From an uncultured Candidatus Saccharibacteria bacterium (GTDB lineage Bacteria; Patescibacteriota; Minisyncoccia; Phycocordibacterales; SBAW01), in assembly GCA_964482995.1 (NCBI GenBank), contig CAYZZC010000002.1:1074-65073 (forward strand): 64,000 nt of DNA, given 5' to 3'. The notes below the pieces were generated by a model. That model saw only the letters and a list, made by a program, of their open reading frames with translations. It did no database searches and was not told the DNA's origin. The translations under genes were made by a program, and so were the position numbers. Below are positions 9,105 through 18,043 of the stretch, piece after piece. The first letter of the stretch is position 1; every line of letters begins with the position of its first letter.

Positions 9105-10001
9105 ATGTCGGACACTGGTGGTAAAAAGCTTGTTTTGGTAACCGGCGGAGCTGGGTTTATAGGCTCGCACCTCTGCGAGCGGCTTGTTAAAGACGGTCAT
9201 AGAGTTATTTCGCTCGACAATTACTTTACCGGTTCAAAAGACAACCACGTTGCAGGTGTAGATTATCGCGAAGGGCACACTAAAGATATAGAGAAATATA
9301 TATCGGAAAAGCCTGATATTATTTACCACCTCGGTGAATACTCGCGTGTGGCCAAAGCCATCGAGGAACCAGCGGTTGTATGGGACCTCAACATGGTTGG
9401 TACTTTTGCAGTACTCGAGTTTTGGCGCAAACGAGGTGGCAAACTCGTATATGCCGGTTCCTCAACCAAAATGGCGACACCACGGCCGGAAGGTATCGCG
9501 GGCCGCGACCTTTCTCCCTACACCTGGGCCAAAGCCTCTAACACTGAGCTGGTGCACAATTACAGCCTCTGGTATAAGCTGCCTTACGCGGTCGTATATT
9601 TTTATAACGTGTATGGTCCGCGGGAGCGCGCTGGCGAGTATGGCACAGTGATAGAAATATTTAAACAAAAATATTTACAAGGGGAGCCCCTCACGGTCCG
9701 AAGTCCTGGCACACAGACACGTATCTACACCCACGTAGAGGACAGTGTTGCTGGTATTGTCCTTGCAGGAGAAAAGGGGGAAGGAGACGAGTATAGTATT
9801 GCTGCCGAGAAAAGTTACCCGATCCTTGAGGTCGCAAAGATGTTTAGCGATAACATAGAGATGCTTCCCGTTAGAGCAACTAGCAGACCCTCTGCTGATG
9901 TAGATACAAACACAGAAAAATTAAAAGCATTGGGGTGGAAGCAACAATACACACTTGAGGAATATATCAAAGCAATTAAGAGAGAAAAGCTAGCACAATG
10001 A
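9105..10001 (+). CDS. NAD-dependent epimerase/dehydratase, UDP-glucuronate decarboxylase (UXS)-like extended SDR
   Basis: KKLVLVTGGAGFIGSHLCERLVKDGHRVISLDNYFTGSKDNH closely follows the UXS N-terminus. YTWAK (YxxxK) and VYGPRE motifs present. Confidence 0.75.
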   Translation: MSDTGGKKLVLVTGGAGFIGSHLCERLVKDGHRVISLDNYFTGSKDNHVAGVDYREGHTKDIEKYISEKPDIIYHLGEYSRVAKAIEEPAVVWDLNMVGTFAVLEFWRKRGGKLVYAGSSTKMATPRPEGIAGRDLSPYTWAKASNTELVHNYSLWYKLPYAVVYFYNVYGPRERAGEYGTVIEIFKQKYLQGEPLTVRSPGTQTRIYTHVEDSVAGIVLAGEKGEGDEYSIAAEKSYPILEVAKMFSDNIEMLPVRATSRPSADVDTNTEKLKALGWKQQYTLEEYIKAIKREKLAQ

Positions 10002-11188
10002 AACGCATCCTTATCTTTAGTCTCGCATATTATCCGAGCAACGTAAGCGGAGCTGAAGTTGCGATAAAAGAAATAACCGACCGTATACCGCGAGAGGAAA
10101 TTGCTTTTGATGTGATTACTCTGCGCTTTGAAAAAAGCGCGCCACTTGTTGAGCAAATAGGAAATGCGCAGGTGTATCGTGTTGTGGGAGGACCTTCCTA
10201 TGTAGCCAAAACATTTTTTCCATTTTTTGCCGCAATAAAGGCCTATCGCTTGCATCGCGCATTCCACTACGACGGTTGGTGGGCCATGATGAGCTATATG
10301 TTGTTCCCGATTGTGTTGTTGCGTTTGTTTGGTGTGCGGTTGCCCTATGCACTGGCTATCCAAGAAGGCGACACGTTTGAGTACATGTTTGGTCGGCCTC
10401 ATATACGATTTTTGCTTCCACTTTTGCGTATAGGGTTTAAAAACGCTTCCGTTATCCAAACTATTTCAAAATATTTAGCAGGGTGGCCGAAGCGCTTCGG
10501 GTATAAAGGCCCACTTGAGGTTATACCAAATGGGTTTAACCCCTCGTTTCTTACTCGTGAGTATCCCCCGCACGAACTCGACGCGCTTAAAAAGAAACTT
10601 GGTATCAAACAAGACGAAGCAGTGCTTGTTACTGTTTCTCGTTTGGTAAAAAAGAACGCAGTCGACGATTGTATCCGCGCACTTGCGCTACTTTCGCGCA
10701 GGACAAAACTTTTAGTAGTAGGCAGTGGGCCAGACGAGGCGATGCTTAAACAACTCGCCCTCGATTTAAAAGTCTCTGAGCAAGTGATATTTGTTGGGAA
10801 TGTCGACACCAGCGAGACAACTAAGTATAGAAAGATCTCAAATATTTTTGTGAGACCCTCGCGCTCAGAGGGTATGGGCAATTCGTTTGTCTCCTCGATG
10901 GCGCTCGGGCTCCCTGTTATCGCAACTCAAGAGGGGGGCATTGCCGATTTTCTTTTTGATGCAAAACGCAATCCAGAAAAACAGACGACTGGTTGGGCAG
11001 TAGACAAAGACTCGCCAGAGCAGATCGCGCAAGCGGTAGAGGACATACTTGGTAATCCTGAACATACAAAAAAAGTGGTCGAAGTGGCACGTAATCTTGC
11101 ACTCACTAAATTTGATTGGGACACTATCGCAAAAGATATGCAAAATAAGGTCTTTTCAAGGCTTTTTGATAAAGACCTTGCAAAATAA
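9998..11188 (+). CDS. Glycosyltransferase family 4 (GT-B, retaining)
   Basis: C-terminal EGMGNSFVSSMALGLPVIATQEGGIADFL (the EX7E region of GT4). ATGA overlap with the upstream gene. Confidence 0.8.
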   Translation: MKRILIFSLAYYPSNVSGAEVAIKEITDRIPREEIAFDVITLRFEKSAPLVEQIGNAQVYRVVGGPSYVAKTFFPFFAAIKAYRLHRAFHYDGWWAMMSYMLFPIVLLRLFGVRLPYALAIQEGDTFEYMFGRPHIRFLLPLLRIGFKNASVIQTISKYLAGWPKRFGYKGPLEVIPNGFNPSFLTREYPPHELDALKKKLGIKQDEAVLVTVSRLVKKNAVDDCIRALALLSRRTKLLVVGSGPDEAMLKQLALDLKVSEQVIFVGNVDTSETTKYRKISNIFVRPSRSEGMGNSFVSSMALGLPVIATQEGGIADFLFDAKRNPEKQTTGWAVDKDSPEQIAQAVEDILGNPEHTKKVVEVARNLALTKFDWDTIAKDMQNKVFSRLFDKDLAK

Positions 11189-11206
11189 CCAGGTTTGTGA
11201 TATAAT
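11178..11206 (+). promoter_or_regulatory. Strong sigma70-type promoter (TTGCAA-17 nt-TGaTATAAT, extended -10)
   Basis: -35 TTGCAA at 11178-11183, 17-nt spacer, TG at -15/-14, -10 TATAAT at 11201-11206. AAGGAAGGTGG RBS precedes the ATG at 11273. Confidence 0.6.
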
Positions 11207-11272
11207 ATACGATAGTAAATCATAGGAATAAACCTCTGATTTTTTGTTTGAAAAAAGAAAGGAAGGTGGCCA

Positions 11273-12100
11273 ATGGCCGCAAAACAATCAAAGTTCCCTC
11301 GTGTGGGGCTCCTTATCCGCGCCTACAACAAGAAGGGCAAACCGCAGGAAGATATCGACAAGGATATCGCCCGGGCGGTCAAAAATGCTCAAAAGGCTCT
11401 CAACGTTACAGTTGGTGGCCACCCTGTATTTACCCGTATTATTTTTTTGGTTCCAATCGACCATGATTACGGCGGCACATACTCGCTGTTGCGCACAGGT
11501 TTTGCGCAGGCTGGGATTGGTGAGGAAGTAGACGTGATTGAGGTCCATGGCCATCATTCGCGCGAAGCCCTCAACCAGGGCTTGCGTGAACTTGCGATGG
11601 GTGGTGTCGAGTATCGCGAAGTGGCTTTGGAGGATTGCGAACAATATGGCGTCGTTGTTTCTGGCAAGGCAATCGACTACGTCAAGCCAGCGACCATGAA
11701 GGCAATGTTTGAGGCATTTGCCTTGGGCGCCAAGGTCGTCGGCGTTGCAACCGACGAACTTGCCGAAATTGTTGGCAAAGGCCGGATCCAGAACACTTTT
11801 GCTGGGTGGGATCTGGGCGCACTCTTCGCACTTGAACCTTCAGGGTTTGACTCATTGGACGGTGTCGAAGAATACGCTCCAGCCGCGCGGCTTGTCCGCA
11901 AGCACGGTAGATGTATCGCAGTGCTTGAACCTTCTAATCTGCCTAAGCTCGATATCCGGAACAATCCTGATGGCAAGGCGCGGCATGCTGAGGTCATGAA
12001 TACCAAATCTGCACGGCAATTGGCAGAAGCAGAGCGCACTGGCATTTCTTTTGCCGAAACCGAAGCGGGCATGATGCCCGGATATCCGAAGCAAGTTTGA
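11273..12100 (+). CDS. Hypothetical protein (275 aa), stand-alone transcription unit
   Basis: Own consensus promoter, strong RBS and a perfect terminator. GC3-rich codon usage differs from its neighbours. No recognisable motif. Confidence 0.5.
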   Translation: MAAKQSKFPRVGLLIRAYNKKGKPQEDIDKDIARAVKNAQKALNVTVGGHPVFTRIIFLVPIDHDYGGTYSLLRTGFAQAGIGEEVDVIEVHGHHSREALNQGLRELAMGGVEYREVALEDCEQYGVVVSGKAIDYVKPATMKAMFEAFALGAKVVGVATDELAEIVGKGRIQNTFAGWDLGALFALEPSGFDSLDGVEEYAPAARLVRKHGRCIAVLEPSNLPKLDIRNNPDGKARHAEVMNTKSARQLAEAERTGISFAETEAGMMPGYPKQV

Positions 12101-12124
12101 AAACTTGCTTCTACACTACAACGA

Positions 12125-12158
12125 CCCGCTGGGTAAAACCAGCGGGCCTTTTTGTTTG
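12125..12158 (+). terminator. Rho-independent terminator
   Basis: Perfect 8-bp stem CCCGCTGG/CCAGCGGG with loop GTAAAA, followed by CCTTTTTGTTTGTT. Confidence 0.8.
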
Positions 12159-12172
12159 TTATAGTCTTTTAT

Positions 12173-13081
12173 ATGCGGGTTTTAATGATAACGGGCGACA
12201 AAAGCATTTCAGTGCCCGGGACCCCGGGCTTTGCGCGTTTTGAGCTCCAGCGCTCACAAGTCGAGGATCTCGCCCTCGTGTATTGGGGGCGAGGCAACCT
12301 TTGGCCTAAACTACCAAAAGGGCATTTCGACATTGTGACAGCACAGGACCCGTTTTGGCGCGGGCTTTTTGCTTGGTATGTCTCGCGGTTGCTTCATGCA
12401 CGGCTTAACATACAAGTGCATGCCGATCTCGATGCGCAAAGTTTTATAAAAAAGATTGTGGCGCGTTTTGTTTTAAATCGTGCCAGCTCAGTGCGTGTTG
12501 TGTCTGAGAGAGTAAAAAAGCAAGTCGAGGTTTTTGGTGTGCGAGCGCCAATACAAGTGTTGCCCGTGTATCTCGATATAGAGCGTTTTCGTGGTTTACA
12601 GCGGCAACCAGGCCTGCAGAAAACGATATTGTGGGTGGGGAGGTTTGAGACAGAAAAAGACCCTTTGCGGGCAATTTCTGTTTTGAAAGAAGTCCGCGAG
12701 AGTGGGGTTGATGCAAAACTTATTATGCTTGGTTCTGGCAGCATGGAACATAAATTAAAGCAAAGGGCACAAAGACTCCCTGTTGAGTTCCCTGGGTGGC
12801 AGGACTCTGCGGCGTATCTGGGGAGGGCAGATGTAGTGCTCTCTACCTCTTTACACGAGAGTTGGGGGGCAAGTATTGTTGAAGCACTTGCAGCTGGGGT
12901 GCCAACAGTGGCACCAGATGTTGGTATAGCGCATGAAGCAGGAGCCATAGTAGTGTCTCGCCAGGAGCTTGCGCAAGCGCTCACAGGGGCGCTACGATCA
13001 GACACAAAAGTGGAATTAAAGTTACAATTGCTCACACGAGAAGAATGGGGGCATGCATGGAAAGAATCATTACTACTATGA
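12173..13081 (+). CDS. Glycosyltransferase, GT1/GT4-like (GT-B)
   Basis: C-terminal STSLHESWGASIVEALAAGVPTVAPDVG (E-x7-E-like nucleotide-sugar binding region). Start MRVLMITGDK chosen downstream of the terminator T-run. Confidence 0.7.
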   Translation: MRVLMITGDKSISVPGTPGFARFELQRSQVEDLALVYWGRGNLWPKLPKGHFDIVTAQDPFWRGLFAWYVSRLLHARLNIQVHADLDAQSFIKKIVARFVLNRASSVRVVSERVKKQVEVFGVRAPIQVLPVYLDIERFRGLQRQPGLQKTILWVGRFETEKDPLRAISVLKEVRESGVDAKLIMLGSGSMEHKLKQRAQRLPVEFPGWQDSAAYLGRADVVLSTSLHESWGASIVEALAAGVPTVAPDVGIAHEAGAIVVSRQELAQALTGALRSDTKVELKLQLLTREEWGHAWKESLLL

Positions 13082-13986
13082 AAATTGGATTTATAGGACA
13101 AGGTTTTATAGGCAAGAGTTACGCCGACGACTTCGAAGGGCGGGGGTTAAGTGTCGTGCGCTACGGTTTGCAGCCAGAGTATGTTGGTAATAAAGAAATA
13201 ATTAAGGGGTGTGATCTTGTGCTTATTGCGGTTCCTGCGCCGACGCTACCAACTAGCGAGCTGCGCAACGATAGTCACCCAAAGGTGAGATTTGAGGATA
13301 AAAATATCCGCGAGGGGGTGGGGCTCACAAAACAGGGAGCAGTTGTAGTTATTAAGTCGACTATGCCACCAGGTACAACAGAGTCTATACAAGAACAATA
13401 TCCGGACAGAATTATTTTGCACAGCCCGGAGTTTTTACTTGAGACAACTGCCGCAAAAGACGCCTCAAGCCCCGAGCGCAACATTGTAGGTATACCAAAA
13501 GAGACCTCCGCACATCGTGTTGCTGCAGAACAATTTTTGTCATTGTTGCCAAAAGCGCCCTACACACTTATATGTGACGCAAAGACAGCGGAACTTATTA
13601 AATATGGCAGTAATGCATATTTGTTTACCAAGATAGTTTTTTCAAACATGTTCTTCCAACTGGTCGAAAAGTACGGAGCAGATTGGGAAGTAGTGCGTGA
13701 GGCTATTGGCCGTGACCCGCGTATTGGCCCCGCACACATGGACCTCCACCTTAAGGACGAACCAGAGGGTGTCTACCGCCGCCGTGGTGCCGGCAGAAGC
13801 TGTTTTATAAAAGACTGGGCCCAGCTCTCTGAGCTGTATGCGCAAGAGCTACCCGAGGATACCAATACTATCCAAGCACTACGCGGGTTCGAGTATAAAA
13901 ATGCAGAGCTTTTGCGCGAGTTTGATCGCTACGTTAATTTGCTCGAGGGAGTGTACGGGCCTGACGCTGGCAAAAAAAATATATGA
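13078..13986 (+). CDS. UDP-glucose/GDP-mannose dehydrogenase-family protein, short form (NAD-binding and central domains only)
   Basis: MKIGFIGQGFIGKSYADDF Rossmann motif, HSPEFLLETTAAKDASSPERNIVG (compare NPEFLREGxAxxDxxxPDRIVIG) and LIKYGSNAYLFTKIVFSNMF (compare ELxKYxxNAFLATKISF). About 300 aa, so the usual C-terminal UDP-binding domain appears absent. Confidence 0.5.
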   Translation: MKIGFIGQGFIGKSYADDFEGRGLSVVRYGLQPEYVGNKEIIKGCDLVLIAVPAPTLPTSELRNDSHPKVRFEDKNIREGVGLTKQGAVVVIKSTMPPGTTESIQEQYPDRIILHSPEFLLETTAAKDASSPERNIVGIPKETSAHRVAAEQFLSLLPKAPYTLICDAKTAELIKYGSNAYLFTKIVFSNMFFQLVEKYGADWEVVREAIGRDPRIGPAHMDLHLKDEPEGVYRRRGAGRSCFIKDWAQLSELYAQELPEDTNTIQALRGFEYKNAELLREFDRYVNLLEGVYGPDAGKKNI

Positions 13987-14783
13987 AACACTACGATTTT
14001 GCTGTTGGCTTGGTCAAAGAAGCTGGGGAGTTTATCAAACAATCACGCCTAGGAAACATACAAGTATTTCATAAGGGAACTGATGAGCGCGACGTGGTAA
14101 CTAAAATTGATTTAGAGGTCAGTGGGCTCTTAATCTCGCGTATACAACAAAACTTTCCCGAGCATCGTATTTATTCTGAAGAAGGCGCTGGTGGAGAAGA
14201 GTCGTCTACCCAGGAGTATGAATGGGTGCTCGACCCTGTCGACGGTACAGCAAACTTTTCTCGCGGGATTCCGCATTTTGCAGTGTGCGTGGGCCTTCTC
14301 CACAAAGGTGTGCCTATGGTGGGGGCGATTTATAATCCTATCACAGGTGAATTATTTAGTTTTGAAAAGGGGCGTGGTGCGTTTTTAAATGATCAGCCTA
14401 TCCATGTGTCCTCCACTACCGACCCCGCACAGGCGCAAGGTATCTTAGTAATCGGACACAAGGCGCCACTTTGGGATTGGGGGGTCGCTTTGTATAGAGC
14501 ATTTCTTGAACACTTAAAAAAGTTAAAAGCGTTTGGATCTTCCTCACTTGACCTCTGCTTTGTGGCAGCAGGACGTGCTGAGGTAGTGGTGTATGGAACC
14601 TTTAGCGCAAAGGATTCTGCCGCTGCAGTGGGGCTTCTCAGAGAAGCAGGGGGAGAGATCTACACACCGCAAGGCGAGCCAATACTTCTTTCGAAAAAGG
14701 CTCAGCCGATAGTCGTAACAAATAACAAAGAGATGTTTAAAAATCTGGAGCAGCATCTTAGTGTCGACCTATTGCCTTCCTAA
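13983..14783 (+). CDS. Inositol monophosphatase family protein (SuhB/CysQ-like sugar phosphatase)
   Basis: EEGAGG...WVLDPVDGTANFSRGIPHFAV metal-binding motifs. Confidence 0.75.
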   Translation: MKHYDFAVGLVKEAGEFIKQSRLGNIQVFHKGTDERDVVTKIDLEVSGLLISRIQQNFPEHRIYSEEGAGGEESSTQEYEWVLDPVDGTANFSRGIPHFAVCVGLLHKGVPMVGAIYNPITGELFSFEKGRGAFLNDQPIHVSSTTDPAQAQGILVIGHKAPLWDWGVALYRAFLEHLKKLKAFGSSSLDLCFVAAGRAEVVVYGTFSAKDSAAAVGLLREAGGEIYTPQGEPILLSKKAQPIVVTNNKEMFKNLEQHLSVDLLPS

Positions 14784-15890
14784 AATCTCTTGCTGTCGAG
14801 CCTTTTCATCCTCTGTGCGCAACATATCTATTTTTGTCACATAGGCGGACACAACAGATTCCGGTACAGGCATGTCTTGCAGAACTGCATTCATCGCTTC
14901 TCTCCATAATATCAAACGCTCCTCAGTGAGAGTACGCAGGTTGCCAGAGGTTTTAGAAAGTGCTTGTGCATAAAAGGCAAGAAGGAAACCTATTTTATAG
15001 ATACGCATAAGTCGGAGCACCAAATATTCTTCCTCGCCGCGGTTTGTGCGGACATACTCAGCCAACGTACGCTCAAGCGCTGCATTGTGGTGGATCATAA
15101 AGTTGAGGAACCTAGCCCACCCCTCATATTTGTTGCCGAAATGGATCGAGGCGTAATCAAGCAAAAAAATATCTCGGTTTGCAACGCGTAAGTTGTTAGG
15201 CACAAAGTCTGCATGTGTTAGGAAACCGCAATATCTAGCGATGGTGGTTTTATTGGCGTGCAAAAAATCTCGCGCTTTCTTGAAAAGGTCTTTAAACTCT
15301 GGTCGCTCAGGCAGATGTGTAAATACTTTCTCCTGGTAGGTGTCAAACGCACGCAGATAATCTTCTGCGGTCTCCATGCCGAATGTCTTTTTGATTATCT
15401 GCGCGTGCTCGTTTGTTGTCGCGTGCACACCCTCTTGTGTTTCAAAAGCGCGCAGTGCGAGAAAAAACTGTTCGTCGAGTGTATGCTCAATAAAAGCACG
15501 TTCTTGCTCTATATAAGAGGTGATCGAAAATACGAACTCACCGTGGCGAGTATGTAAAAGCTCTTCCGGTGTGCGGAAAGCTCTCACCGCAAATTTGATC
15601 CGGTGGAGTACTTCTCTGCACTCACGTTCACGCTCTATCTCCTTTATGCCCTGGGGGTTGTTGCTTGCTTTGATAATGACACGCGTCCCGTCGCTTATGC
15701 GTCTCCCAGTGAGCACAAGCTTGAGGCCTCCACCTCCTACATCGCGCGCTGTGTTTGTGAGGTAGCGCTCGCCTCCCGTGTGCACCTGGCGTTCATCAAG
15801 TGAGAAACCGAGTGTAGTAAGTATTGGTTTTATCTTCTCGAGCACTTGGTCGCGGTAAGCTTCCCACGCGGCTTGGTCGTTTGCGGACAT
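14769..15890 (-). CDS. Phosphotransferase (APH/choline-kinase-like protein-kinase fold)
   Basis: LTHADFVPNNLRV (Brenner HxDxxxxN) and LLDYASIHFGNKYEGWARFLNFM (D-x-E region) are typical of the aminoglycoside-phosphotransferase-like kinase family. Confidence 0.55.
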   Translation of the reverse strand: MSANDQAAWEAYRDQVLEKIKPILTTLGFSLDERQVHTGGERYLTNTARDVGGGGLKLVLTGRRISDGTRVIIKASNNPQGIKEIERERECREVLHRIKFAVRAFRTPEELLHTRHGEFVFSITSYIEQERAFIEHTLDEQFFLALRAFETQEGVHATTNEHAQIIKKTFGMETAEDYLRAFDTYQEKVFTHLPERPEFKDLFKKARDFLHANKTTIARYCGFLTHADFVPNNLRVANRDIFLLDYASIHFGNKYEGWARFLNFMIHHNAALERTLAEYVRTNRGEEEYLVLRLMRIYKIGFLLAFYAQALSKTSGNLRTLTEERLILWREAMNAVLQDMPVPESVVSAYVTKIDMLRTEDEKARQQEILGRQ

Positions 15891-15932
15891 TGTATTTTTA
15901 TTTTATAATAATTGTTACATAATTACAACTAT

Positions 15933-16889
15933 ATGGAGACAGTACTTGTTACAGGTGGTGCGGGGTTCATAGGATCAAACTTAGTCCACGCTTTGCTTAA
16001 AAAAGGTTATCGTGTTGTTTGTGTCGACAATTTTGATGACACTTATGATCCGCTTTATAAAGAAGAGCATATTGCTCCGTTTATAAACGACCAGCAATTT
16101 GTGTTATACAGGGTTGATATCCGCAATGCACAAGCACTGTATGAAGTGTTTGAAAAAGAGAAACCAATATTGGTTGCACATCTCGCTGCAAAAGCAGACA
16201 CGCGCCACGCAGTTGAGAACCCACACACATATCTTTCAGTAAACATGGACGGCACGCTCAACATCTTGGAACTGTGCAGGAAGTTTGGTGTGCGTATGAC
16301 TGTTGTAGCCTCCTCAGGTTCGGTCTATGGTAACAACCCACACACGCCCTGGAAAGAGGATACACAGACAGACTTGCCACTCTCTGCATACGGTGTCACC
16401 AAAAAGGCCACTGAGATGCTCGCGTACACATACAACCATAATTTTGGAATGAATATTGTTTGTCTTCGCTATTTTAATGTCTACGGGGAAAACAATCGCC
16501 CTTCTATGGTCCCGTACAAATGGGCAAAGGCGTTCCTTGCTGGTGAAGAAATTGAGTTGTCGGGAGAGGGAACTCGCAAAAGAGACTTCACTTATGTGGG
16601 TGATGTGGTCGATGCCACTATCCTTGCGCTTGAGTCTAACTTATCGTATGAGGTCATCAACATCGCCGACAGCAAACCATGCTCGCTCACCGACCTATTT
16701 GCAGTATTTGAAAAAGTAGTTGGGAACACTCCGCCGGTGCGCAAACGCGAGAGCAACAAGGCAAGTGTTAATGAGATGTACGCAGATAGTACGAAGGCCA
16801 AAAAACTATTGGGTTGGGAGCCAAAGGTGTTTCTTGAAGAGGGGATAGAGCGGTTAGTTGCGTGGTACCGTGCGAACCGACTCAAATAA
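15933..16889 (+). CDS. NAD-dependent epimerase/dehydratase (GalE-like UDP-sugar 4-epimerase)
   Basis: METVLVTGGAGFIGSNLVHALLKKGYRVVCVDNF; SAYGVTK (YxxxK). 325 aa. Confidence 0.8.
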   Translation: METVLVTGGAGFIGSNLVHALLKKGYRVVCVDNFDDTYDPLYKEEHIAPFINDQQFVLYRVDIRNAQALYEVFEKEKPILVAHLAAKADTRHAVENPHTYLSVNMDGTLNILELCRKFGVRMTVVASSGSVYGNNPHTPWKEDTQTDLPLSAYGVTKKATEMLAYTYNHNFGMNIVCLRYFNVYGENNRPSMVPYKWAKAFLAGEEIELSGEGTRKRDFTYVGDVVDATILALESNLSYEVINIADSKPCSLTDLFAVFEKVVGNTPPVRKRESNKASVNEMYADSTKAKKLLGWEPKVFLEEGIERLVAWYRANRLK

Positions 16890-18005
16890 AGTGGTTAGTA
16901 TTTTGATGTGGGCCTCCCAAGAAAATTTTTCTGTGAGAAGTTTTTTCCCTCCAGCCACTAACTTTTCCTTAAGCGGCTGGTCTTTAAAAAGGCGCTTGAT
17001 TGCTTCTGCAAGTGCTTGGTCATCGTGCGGCTGAACTAAAAGACCTGTTTTCTCGTGATAGACCGCTTCGTTTGTTCCGGGGATATCGGTAGCAACCATG
17101 GGAATACCCGCAGCAAAACTCGTGAGTGCTGTGTGGGGTAACCCTTCGTAATATGAGTTAAGCACATATACTTCTGATATTTTGCGGATGTGCCATGTCT
17201 CTGCGCGGGATATCCGACCGAGAAATACCACATGTGTTTTGAGTCCAAGTTCTTCAGCAAGTCTTTTTAGCGATTCTTCCTCTGGTCCATCCCCAGCAAC
17301 AAGGAGTTTTGTGTCAGGAAATTCTCCTACAATGTGAGTCATGGCGCGGATAATGCCGTCAACACCTTTCCACTCGACAAGACGGGCGGTAACCACCAAT
17401 TGATGCGGAATTATCTTTTGGTCAAAAGGCAGGGCATCAGGTTTTTGTGCTGCATTGTAATTAACAACAACTCTTTCTGGTTTTATGTGATAGGTGCGGA
17501 TTATTGCGTTACGCAAGTAACTTGAGGGGGTCGCCACTCTGTTTGCCCGGCGCAATACAAACCCCTGCAATTTCAATATGAGGCGGATTTTAAGCGAACC
17601 TTCTGGGCGGAGTAAAAACTCCTCTAATTGAAGGCTAGTTTGACGTAATTGTGTTGCGCGCTCCCACGCCTCATCGCCGACAAACTTAAGTACTACCGGG
17701 ACTCCGGTTAGCATACCTACTAGTACTGCCGGGAGACCTGCAGCAACCGCATTCTGAACATAGATAACATTGGATTCTCTCGCCTCTCTCCACAATACCC
17801 ACGTGAATTTAAAAAGCCTTAGTGGGAGGGAACGACGCTTACTAACAGTGACAAGTTTAACCCCGGGTATTTTTTCAGACGTTGAGGCAAACGCTACTAC
17901 AGTTATCTCATGAGAGTCTTTTAAAAGTAGGGCGAGCTCTTTGGCATAGGTGGCTGGGCCCCCTATTTCGGGCGGGTAGAGAGGTGTAGCGAGTACTATT
18001 TTCAT
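16854..18005 (-). CDS. Glycosyltransferase family 4
   Basis: MKIVLATPLYPPEIGGPATYAKELA N-terminus plus a C-terminal EGLPHTALTSFAAGIPMVATDIPG motif. Confidence 0.8.
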   Translation of the reverse strand: MKIVLATPLYPPEIGGPATYAKELALLLKDSHEITVVAFASTSEKIPGVKLVTVSKRRSLPLRLFKFTWVLWREARESNVIYVQNAVAAGLPAVLVGMLTGVPVVLKFVGDEAWERATQLRQTSLQLEEFLLRPEGSLKIRLILKLQGFVLRRANRVATPSSYLRNAIIRTYHIKPERVVVNYNAAQKPDALPFDQKIIPHQLVVTARLVEWKGVDGIIRAMTHIVGEFPDTKLLVAGDGPEEESLKRLAEELGLKTHVVFLGRISRAETWHIRKISEVYVLNSYYEGLPHTALTSFAAGIPMVATDIPGTNEAVYHEKTGLLVQPHDDQALAEAIKRLFKDQPLKEKLVAGGKKLLTEKFSWEAHIKILTTLFESVRTVPRN

Positions 18006-18043
18006 CGATAGCAGTCTATCATGGAGTTTGTTACAGTGGCGAT

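Noticed and set aside
12394-13101. 235-aa minus-strand ORF overlapping the 12173-13081 glycosyltransferase
   Set aside because: Ser/Cys/Thr-rich antisense frame with no motifs; the sense frame carries GT-B motifs.
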